Made by a program: the position numbers and the translations under genes
DNA from: Dudresnaya verticillata
Lineage: Eukaryota
Assembly (NCBI GenBank): GCA_977862235.1
Contig: OZ374563.1
Span: 2,294,001-2,358,000 of the forward strand
Direction: 5' to 3'
Length of the DNA stretch: 64,000 bases
Shown: in pieces, positions 1-8,800 of the stretch
How positions within the stretch are numbered: position 1 is the stretch's first letter
How the letters are laid out: each line of letters starts with the position of its first letter
Notes under the pieces: generated by a model
What the model saw: the letters and a program-made list of their open reading frames with translations, nothing else
Told to the model about the DNA's origin: nothing
Database searches by the model: none

Positions 1-1591
1 ATAACGCAAGCACGGTGCGGCGCTGCTCTTCGGTCCAAAGCGGCACCGGAGCTGGACCCCCAGAACCGTCTGCGACGTTTGATGCTTCGCCTTGAGGCGT
101 CACGGTCGGCGGAGCCGGCTCAAGTATTGGCGTCGCCATAACGGCATCGCCATCATCGTCCGCAACGGGAGCCGCAAGGTCCAGAGGAGCAACAGCTGGC
201 AGGCCAGCTGGCACTCCACCGCCACCGACAGCGCCTCCGGGCAAAGCCGAAGACGCGGGCGCAGGCTCGGTAGTCGACTCAACCGCCATAGGCGTAGTAA
301 TGTCCGTCCCAGACGGGTTCTCCGGTCCGCCATCGGCGTTAAACGCATCCTCCTCGGCCATTAAGGCGCTCAGATGCGGAGGAAAATCACCGACAAAGTC
401 GCAGCTCTTACGCAAACCACGCGGGTGATTACCCGGGGTGAAGCGGTCCGTTTTGCGATGGCGCTCCGCAATGTTCTTCGTCGTACGACGCTTAGTCCAC
501 GGGTTATAATGGACCCAATCGCCACAGGCGGAGTGAGTCCGACTCATCGCGAATCGCGGACGGTTCGCCTTACGGCGGTTGTTCGCATACGGCACCATTG
601 CCGGGTCGTTCCAGTCGATCTCATCCGCCACAGCGCGCAGGTTCCAGAACTCCTCGGCGTTCCGGGAGCCGCCAAATATTTCGACCAAGTCGAGGCTGCC
701 AAGCTGAGCCACCACACGCGGGGGCAAGTGGTACATACGGAAGGTGTCATACACCTCCCATAACCACGCATACGCCACATTGGCGACCCACTCCGTGTAA
801 AACACGATCCAATACCTGGAATAGGGGTCGGTCATCAGCTCGGAACCCAGATACGTGACACACGGAGGAAGCTCTACGGAGAAACCCTCGCATATCTCAA
901 ACTCGCGCCACACTGGCGGGACCTTCACGAAACAAAACGGCAACTTACTACGCTCAATGCGGTCAACCTGCATGTCCTGGTAAAGCACGAATACGCCCTT
1001 TCGGTGACGCGTCTCGCACTCCCACCGGATACAACGCTCCCAAAAGAACGTACCCGTACGATGCAGGTAACGAAAATCCGCTTTCAAGCGTACGCCTAAG
1101 AGGTAGGCCTCTCCCAACACACGGGGCTCAATCGACACGCTCACATGTTTGAACGACAGCGTCCCAAGACGAGCACCATATTCGGATTCGCCGGCTGTGA
1201 GGTATTGTCCCGCATCATAATTGAACAGGGGCGGCGTTAACGTCGACCCCGGATAACGCGTGAAGCGACGATACACGTCTGAGACGAACCGCGCGTGGAC
1301 GTCCGCACGCGACTGTCCCGCTCGCACCCAAAGCCATTCCGCAGGAACGGCACAGCGTAACTTCCATTCCAACGTCCATACGACGCCGAGGGGCAAGCCC
1401 CCCGGCAAGAAACCACTAGTAGCGTAATGAGCAACTAACTCTTCCTCGCGCAAGGCCTCCTGGTCGAACCAGGGGGCCCGCGCGAAGAAGTGCGCGTGAT
1501 CGCGAGGGTTCTTTCCGACGAAGTCGACAGGCGAAGCGTACACCGGCGCAGCCGAAGGTGCTGCCACCTGCATGCCATTGAACATCGGCAT
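1..1591 (-). CDS. Unrecognised Trp/aromatic-rich protein (>530 aa, runs off the window), internal to an LTR element
   Basis: Manual translation from ATG at 1591 (MPMFNGMQVAAPSAAPVY...WIVFYTEWVANVAYAWLWEVY...) stays open to base 1. It is missing from the ORF track because no stop is reached. No gag, protease, RT or integrase motif seen. Confidence 0.75.
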   Translation of the reverse strand, partial: MPMFNGMQVAAPSAAPVYASPVDFVGKNPRDHAHFFARAPWFDQEALREEELVAHYATSGFLPGGLPLGVVWTLEWKLRCAVPAEWLWVRAGQSRADVHARFVSDVYRRFTRYPGSTLTPPLFNYDAGQYLTAGESEYGARLGTLSFKHVSVSIEPRVLGEAYLLGVRLKADFRYLHRTGTFFWERCIRWECETRHRKGVFVLYQDMQVDRIERSKLPFCFVKVPPVWREFEICEGFSVELPPCVTYLGSELMTDPYSRYWIVFYTEWVANVAYAWLWEVYDTFRMYHLPPRVVAQLGSLDLVEIFGGSRNAEEFWNLRAVADEIDWNDPAMVPYANNRRKANRPRFAMSRTHSACGDWVHYNPWTKRRTTKNIAERHRKTDRFTPGNHPRGLRKSCDFVGDFPPHLSALMAEEDAFNADGGPENPSGTDITTPMAVESTTEPAPASSALPGGAVGGGGVPAGLPAVAPLDLAAPVADDDGDAVMATPILEPAPPTVTPQGEASNVADGSGGPAPVPLWTEEQRRTVLAL

Positions 1592-1593
1592 GA

Positions 1594-1976
1594 CGTCAAC
1601 GACGAGAATATGTTAACGCCAAAGGCGATGCTTGTACGAACGTCAAAGATGACTCGTGTCCTGCGCCACTAGCGAAAGCTTCAAGGAGCGTGCGTCGAAG
1701 ACGATTACTGTTGTAACGCCCTAGGCGAGGAAACCAAACCCACGTCGACGACGTTCAGCTGCTGCGCCAATGGCGATGCCAAAAGCAAACGACGTCGAAG
1801 ACGACTACTGTTGCGACGCCTTAGGCGAGAGAAGGAAACCCGCGTCAACGACGTTTGACTGCTGCGCCAATGGCGATGCCGAAGGCAAACGACGTCGATG
1901 AAGATTAAGTTGCAACGCCCCAGGCGAGGGATATACGATAGACGTCAACGACGGCGCTCGTTATGCGCCACAGGCG
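1594..1976. repeat. Array of 8 x ~50-bp units, each with CGTC-NNN-GACG and CGCC-NNN-GGCG palindromes
   Basis: CGCCnnnGGCG at 1617, 1664 (1 mismatch), 1717, 1765, 1817, 1865, 1916, 1966. CGTCnnnGACG-like motifs at ~1594, 1641, 1693, 1743, 1793, 1843, 1893, 1943. Confidence 0.9.
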
Positions 1977-2403
1977 GTGATGTCGGGGCAGCGTACGCAG
2001 CCGCACGAGTACGCAAACGCAACAAGAGCGGAGTTCTTACGGCACAGCCGAGGTCGCAGTCGCACGCGGCGCACCAATACAATACGCGAAGGCGCGGGGA
2101 CTCGCTCGCAAGGCGCGGAAGTCGGCAGGGACGCAACGGCAGAACGCACGGCAGCAGGTTGAGGGTCGGGTCGTGTTCGCGTTTTGGAGGGGGGTCGTGT
2201 GGTGCAAGGGGAGGCGAGCCCTTTTTCGCTGAAAGCGGTCGGGCTAAATACGTCGACCGACGGAGAAACCGCCACCGGCGCTCACCACCGCCGTTGGCGC
2301 GCGAACACGTCATCGACGGCTTGCTGAGGCGCGCGCGCGCACTGCGCGCCGCGCGCCACGCGGGCACCGTACAGTGCTGGGCCGACCTGGCGCCCCGGGG
2401 CAC

Positions 2404-2789
2404 TGTAGCGCGGATCCGGATGCGATCCGGATCCGGCATCCAGATTGGCTATCTGGATCGCCTAAGCTGTAAGGTATGCGCCTGTAAGGCTGCGGGTATC
2501 AGCATTGCTGGCCCGATCCGGATGGGATCAGGATCGGACAAGTACCAGATTAGATCTAAGGCGCACGCTCTACAGTGCGCGCGCACACGCGGCTGTAAGA
2601 CACACGCGTCCACGTGTACGTGTAAGCACCCACACAGGGGATTGTGCGGCGGTCTATCAGACGCGCGGCTGCATGCGACGCGTGATCTGTCAGACGCGCC
2701 TCGGGACGACACGTGTCCCGAGTTCCCGCGCTACACGCACGCCGCCGCGCCGCCGTACTATACTTAGGTAAGTCGTCCCAGACGTCACA
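2404..2789. mobile_element. Probable LTR of the element carrying the 1-1591 ORF
   Basis: TGTAGCG...GTCACA termini and a hairpin-rich interior (CGGATCCGGAT-gcg-ATCCGGATCCG at ~2411-2435). The partner LTR is not in the window. Confidence 0.55.
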
Positions 2790-3092
2790 GTAAACGCCCG
2801 GGGAAGCCGGCCTTGGTCCAGACTTCCCCGTTCCGCACGCGCGTATCCTACCGCTGCCTACGGCTAAGCGTCTACCTCCCGTGCTTCCACGTCTACCATC
2901 TTCCTTGACGTGTTCCCTTTCTCTTCCTTTTCCCTCTCTTTCCGCCTCGGGCGTTTACAGTCCGCCCAAGGCGTGCCCCTTTTGCTCTACCACCAAGTCG
3001 CCCACGGCGGGACTACCTACCGCCGAGGGCGCAGCTACCCACCGAGCCCCGAACTGCTCGGCGGTCCATCGTCTACAGACGTTTGCACCACA
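2790..3092. mobile_element. Probable remnant of a second LTR, interrupting the RT of the gypsy element to its right
   Basis: Ends ...GCACCACA exactly where RT homology (FASLDF) stops. Contains the inverted pair GTAAACGCCCG (2790) / CGGGCGTTTAC (~2948). Confidence 0.45.
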
Positions 3093-5839
3093 CAAAGTCG
3101 AGGGGAAGCGAAGCATGTGCTTCCCGAAAAGTCGAATACCTCACTGTCCAGATGAGGCATCGGCCACGACTCTTTGATAGTCGCAGCATTGACGGGACGT
3201 AGGTCCACCGTCATGCGGTATCCAGCCCTGGAACCAGGTTTTGGAACTAAAAGCGGTGCCGCTTGCCATTCGGCGGTGGGCATCTCCTGGATGAATCCCA
3301 TCTCCTTCAGTCGTTCGACGTACGCGTTGAGGAAATTCCTCTGTTCCCCGGAATATCTTCGCGCTTTCACCCGTACGGGTCGATAGCCGTGTTTGAGGCG
3401 GACCCTCATAGGTGCGATGTCGGCCGGTGGGGATGTTCCCAGCCGAATCCGAAAACCGGGTATCGCTTGATGATGTCGATAAGCCGTACGGCCCCCTCGT
3501 CACTCAACCCGTTTTCTTTGGCTTCCCGAATCATCTTCGAGATAGCCTGCTGCAGTTCTTCTGGCGAGTCCTCGCCCAGTTCGACATATATGTTACTGTC
3601 GTCCAGTTGGTCTGCGTCCGCACCTCTTTCACAATGGTAGGTACTACCAAAGTCAAGTCCACGGTCGAGGAGGATTCCATGGATTGACGCCGGCGCGTCC
3701 GCGCACGGTGTGTTATCCTTTCCGTCCTTACGGAGCGTTTCGGATACGTCAACGACACCTCCGAACCTGTCAGCCGCGGGCGCGAGCATGACACGGTTGT
3801 TCAGACCAATCGACGCCAAGACATGGCGAGCGATGAAAACATGACGCACTTCCTCGTCGGTGATCAACCACTTGATCCCTCGCAGCATAAGGTTCGTCCC
3901 ATGACGGACACGAAGCATTACGTCAGTACTGACTTGCCTGCGGCAGGTAATATCCTTAACATTGGCGTGAGCGTTGGAGAACTCCAACGTCTTGGGCAAT
4001 TTTATGACACGGAGTGTTGGGTCAGCCTTCTTGGTTGCCTTCAGTACTGAGGGTGACATCAGATTTGCGTCCGCACCTTGGTCGACCAGTACAGACACCT
4101 CCACAGCACCTGAACAGAAGGTGGCGGAAAATAACGAAGTATGGTCCACGTCAACGAAGTATGATCCACGTCAGCCAGTTGTCCAACCAGGCCAACGCCA
4201 ACCTTATTCTCAGACGCCTGGCGAGCACGCTTGCGAGCGCGATACTCATCCTTGAACCGTTTCTTGTCCTCGTCCGAGGTATCCTCACAGTCATTGACGA
4301 AGTGGTACTTGTCGCACTTCGGGTTCAGGCAGCGAGGAAGTCGGTTCCTCTTTCCACCTTGACCTCCGGAACCGGAGTTCTTGTCCCATTCAGTACTGAT
4401 CGGTTTGTTTCCTTGATTCTGACGTTTGTACTTCTTGTGGCCGCGGTATCCGGTACCGGACCTTCCATTGGGCGCAGGCGGCGGCGCTTCATCTGCAACT
4501 CTGCGGGAATTGTTGGCGTCCGCCTTGTATTTTTTTGACGCGTTCACGCGGTCTATGAGGCGCGCCTCCTCGGCCATTGCCTTGATGAAGTTCTTGAAGT
4601 TCTTCTTGAACTCATTCTCTTTCCTCATCTCCATCAACATGTGCATCTTATTGCGGAGAGTCGGATGGGAAATGCGATTATAGATGTGCTTGACAGCTTT
4701 CTTTGGATGCAGTACTGCAAACCGTTCGTAGCCAAGCCTGTTCAGGATCTTGGTGTACTCCAAGATCATACACCACACTTGGGTTTCGAGGTTCTTCTCA
4801 CTTGTTGCTCGTTCGAGTTTGAGCTCCTCGAGAGCGTCCTCAAGTTTTCCTAGGTCGTAGTCGTCAGGACTGACAACTGCCCGAGACTCAACAAGATCCT
4901 CGAGATGCTTCTGGGTGATGTCAGCAACTAATTCGACGGGTACCCAGTCGCCAGACACGAAAAACTCCAGGACCTCCGGAGCGATCGAGTCCTTGTACGA
5001 GGTTAACTGGATCTTCACGTTCGGGTCCGAGTTCTTCTCAGCGATTCTACGTACGTAGATCTAGCGGTCCTTCTTGAATGCCACGAAGTCGGCCGTCGTG
5101 ATCCCTATCAGCCGCGGAGCCTCAACGGTCTCGACGATCGTCTGATGTACCTTGCTGCTGCTGGTACCAGCTCCAGCATCTTGTCGACTCCTTGTAGTTA
5201 TCGTGTACACGAATAATCTCTTTAGCCAAACAGTACTACCCGGGGTGAGTAATTACTGTAACGCAGTCCGGATAAAGAGAGCCACCCGCGTACGCGGTGG
5301 TTGATAAAGGAGATAAAAAGGGAAAAGCGGAAGGCGAGGTTGGAGGCTAGGTCACCGCGGGTTGTTGGGAGTTCCCTCGTCTGTGCTGACGCCCGTGGGC
5401 TGCCATTATTAGGTAAAAAGCAGATTGTGAGCTGTGCTGCTCAGGTCGTACGACCCACGCTATTTAGTGGACTGCACGATCGCAGCCTCCGTCCTGGATC
5501 GGGCAGATCCAGGCTGGCGAAGCTATTCGCGCGCTGCCGCCGTCGCGTCGGCCGGCAACGACGGACGGAGCGTTGTATTGTACAATACAGTCCTGTACCC
5601 AGGCAGGGTACCCTGCAGACATCCAATCAGATAGAGAGGCATGTCCAGGCACTGCTGTGCTGCAAAGAGGAGGTACTATACACTGTACAGTGTACAGACT
5701 TGCCTATGCTGGCAGGGTCCGAGTACAGGTAGTACTCTTTCCCGACAGGCTCTCTTGCTGGGATTGCACCTGTCCGCACTGGCCCAGGCTCCCTGTGCCG
5801 GGAGTACTCCCAGGCGAGCTGCGCTGCTCGGGTGTTACA
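3093..5839 (-). mobile_element. Ty3/gypsy LTR retrotransposon, 5' part (5' LTR, gag, protease, start of RT), degenerate
   Basis: Gag with CLNPKCDKYHFVNDC knuckle, protease LVDQGADAN, RT N-terminus APLLVPKP...YRMTVDLRPVN...WPMPHLD. Premature TAG near 5062 and a 20-bp tandem duplication near 4135-4175 that shifts the frame. The empty site is visible at 35839/35840. Confidence 0.9.
5257..5839 (-). repeat. 5' LTR (583 bp) of the gypsy element
   Basis: TGTAAC...GTTACA termini. Highly similar inverted copy at 40151-40737. Confidence 0.92.
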
Positions 5840-6192
5840 AGTGGCTTTTTAGGTGGTCCTGCTCGGGCGACTTAAAGGCCCATGTGCAGGCAGACCAGAA
5901 TCAGCTACAGTGACAGAGGGCTGTCACTGTAGCATACGCAGGGAGGAGAAAAGGATAGCGGTAATGTCTCTATGGTTGGGAGGACGATGGCGCGTTCAGA
6001 GAGGGAAACTCTGCAGAGCACAGGGTGCGGATGGCGGCGATCGTAACTGGCAATGATTTGTAGATCGTCAGGAGTGGCGTCTGGCTGGGAGAGTAGGTGG
6101 AGAGCTGGGCTGTGGGTTCGAAGGGTTGCACGTTTGGTAGGTTAGGAAGGGGGGACAGGGAAGGTACCCAAATGCCAACGGATGGCCTGTAG
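5840..6192 (-). mobile_element. 5'-truncated LINE 3' fragment (copy of 35826-36192), with its tail cut by the gypsy insertion
   Basis: Encodes AIRWHLGTFPVPP. Perfect 13-bp hairpin at 5904-5933. Carries the conserved 3' tail motif. Confidence 0.65.
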
Positions 6193-7277
6193 AACAGTAT
6201 AAAATTCTGACAGTACTTGGTGAATTCACGTACGAACACATATAGGCCTCCACAGGAGATACCGTTTCATAAAGGTCTATGTCTATTTCCATGTTCCATT
6301 TCAAGAGTTTTGTCCAAGCGTTGCCAAGAAATGAAATTGATTGGTTACCAGAAGGCCGCTGGGATATGAGTATGAAGGAATTGGAATGAAACATGGCTCG
6401 ATGTGGCTGCGGGTGGGAGACGTGCTTGTTGACAGTCCCGATCTTGTTAAGGTTGGGAGACTAGTGGTCAGAAGCTCAGAATGCAATCAAATTCTTTAGC
6501 GTTTGTTTTGCACACGATTCTAGAAGCATGCGCGGGTATTCACAGCCTGGTAACAATTCTTTTTCTGCGTAGTACTACAAGATGTACTGTTAGCTCGAAT
6601 GACTTGCCCTTGCTCGCTGGTAGATTTGTTACAGTTTGCGGGTGTAGCAGTTTGAAATTGTGAATAGCAAAATCGACGTGAATACCTCCATGTCAAGAAT
6701 AATGTGGGCAATGCAGCTGTGAATGAGAGAGGAGAACGGTGTTTGTGTAGAGAGGAAATGTGAATGTCATATTCTATCTAGGGCCAGTCCGGTGCTTGGA
6801 CATACCGAAGTCAAAATTCTGCAAGGTCATTCTCGGACTGCTTCGAAGGGTTGCACCTCTCAATCGCCGGACGGAGTCATTAATTCATGATGATAATATT
6901 CCAGCATCGAGAGAGGGAGCGACGAAGGCTTGTTTTATGCGGGAATGTGGCTGCTGTCGCAGAGAAGCCTGACGCCTCGAAGCTCTCCGCAAATAGGGAT
7001 ACCGGCTGTCGGTACATTCTCGGGAATCTGAACATGGACGGTGATGACGATGAAGGAGCAAGGGAATGAACAGCGCAGATAGATCCGAGCTGGCTGGAGG
7101 AGGTCGCCGCTTGGTGAGCGTACAGGATCGAGCGGATGCGATTGGCGTGTCAACCGGAGCGTCAACGCTCCCCACGCGGCCACGGCGCAGGTCAAGAAGG
7201 AAGCCAAAAAATACTCGAAAAACAAATACCGATCACACGGCGCCGCCTGCGGCCACTCCGCCCCTCGCACCAACAAC

Positions 7278-7316
7278 GCAGGACCACGTTAAACAACAAA
7301 TAAAATACAACAACAC
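7278..7316 (+). mobile_element. Extremely 5'-truncated LINE/SINE tail (also at ~38728-38766)
   Basis: GCAGGACCACGTTAAACAACAAATAAAATACAACAAC is absent at the homologous site (~54510) and matches the reverse complement of 19655-19690. Confidence 0.7.
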
Positions 7317-7591
7317 TACCACCACCGTCAGCTGCAAGCCGCCCGCGCTCTCCTCCACCCTGGCCGGCTTCACTCGGCAAGGCGGGAGGAGCGCTCCCTC
7401 GCCGTCTCCGCAACGCCAAGTAACCGCGCGGTACCGCAACCTGTTGCACCGAGTCGGCCGCGCCGTGTCGCCGGACTTGTCCGAAGCGTTTACAAGCTCT
7501 CTCTCTTTCTCTCTGTTGGTTCTCTTTCTCTTCGCTCTTGGCGCTTTCTTGTCCTCTTTGTCCGAAGTTCTCGGGCGCTTCTGTTTCCGAC

Positions 7592-8800
7592 ATGCCCGAT
7601 TCCGCCAGAAACCCTCGTGCCCCCTCCACATCTACGCATCCGGACTCTAAGTCTGCTACATTCACCGCCCTCACACATGCAGCCATTGATTTCCTCAGCT
7701 TAAGTGCCCCCTTGTTGGCGACCGTCGATCTCGCTAACGACACCGCGATAGCTCAGTTCGCTGCTAGCCTGACGCAGTTGCCAGCTGTTCAAGGTTTACT
7801 TCCGCTGTTTCGCCGGGGAACCCAGTTCGGCGGTGTCATTCGCCTCTTATCGATTATCTCCGACCCTTCCGCCCATGTCATCTCCCCCGCCGCTGCTCCC
7901 GCCGCCTCTTACCCCGATTCGCCTCGACCCTATCTCGCCGCCCTTTCCACTCACCTGCCCAAACGTCCTGTCGGCCAGCTTCCTATGCTTGGACGTCATG
8001 GAAATCAAGCTCCCACACATCCATCTCAACAGCCTATCTCTCGTCGCCTGGAGAGTGATGTCCGCCGCATTAACCGCACCCTCGTCGGCTCACACGCTAA
8101 GCGCTTTGTTAAGGTTTCTACTGCCGCCAACGCTAGTCCTTTCGACTCCCCAGCTCACTTCCGCTCTGCCCTGAAAGTTGGGGGCTTTCCTGGCCCTTGT
8201 TCAATCATCACCACGGATAGTGCACGAGATTTCTATGTTTGTGCGGGGGCCGCAGACCTTCCTCATGTTGCTCCCGCGTATACTACATTTCGGGACTACG
8301 CGAAGGATGCTGATGCTGTTGTTGTCCCGACCATTTCGGTGTCGCCGGTCCCCGATTTGGCTATCTCCGTGACTGATTTAGACGATATCGCAGCCATTAC
8401 TACCTCTCTCCGCACCGAAATCACCCGACTTAAAGCCCTTGATTGTTCTTGGCGCCCTGCTCCCTTCTTCTCCGAAGCACTGCGCCATGTCGAAAGCTCT
8501 CTCTTTGCTAAGCTCGTCACGGCTGGTCGGGCGCAACAGGATCATGCGTTCCCGCTTCGCGAGATTCCACTCGCCGCCAAGCGACGTCGGTACGGGTTAC
8601 CCCGATCTCGTCCTTCTGGAGATCCTGTCATCGATTCGGATGGGTTCCAGCTGGTTCGTCGCTCGAATCGTGATGCTGTAGATGCCCCGGCCTTGGTCCC
8701 TTGCCGTCCTGCAATCTCGCCCCGTTCGGCCTCCAATGACTGTCCTGGAGACATCCCCATGGACACAGCACCTGAACCCGTTCTTTCCAGCCACCAATGA
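7592..8800 (+). CDS. ORF1 of the CRE-type element, unknown function
   Basis: Open ~402 codons from ATG 7592. Its TGA overlaps the ORF2 ATG (ATGA, 8797-8800). Confidence 0.7.
   Translation: MPDSARNPRAPSTSTHPDSKSATFTALTHAAIDFLSLSAPLLATVDLANDTAIAQFAASLTQLPAVQGLLPLFRRGTQFGGVIRLLSIISDPSAHVISPAAAPAASYPDSPRPYLAALSTHLPKRPVGQLPMLGRHGNQAPTHPSQQPISRRLESDVRRINRTLVGSHAKRFVKVSTAANASPFDSPAHFRSALKVGGFPGPCSIITTDSARDFYVCAGAADLPHVAPAYTTFRDYAKDADAVVVPTISVSPVPDLAISVTDLDDIAAITTSLRTEITRLKALDCSWRPAPFFSEALRHVESSLFAKLVTAGRAQQDHAFPLREIPLAAKRRRYGLPRSRPSGDPVIDSDGFQLVRRSNRDAVDAPALVPCRPAISPRSASNDCPGDIPMDTAPEPVLSSHQ

Noticed and set aside
1594..1976. CRISPR-like array
   Set aside because: Spacers are related to each other (100-bp higher-order period), the context is eukaryotic, and no cas genes are present.
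1898..2767. 289-aa plus-strand ORF
   Set aside because: Arg/Gly-rich frame across GC-rich repeat and LTR sequence, likely spurious.
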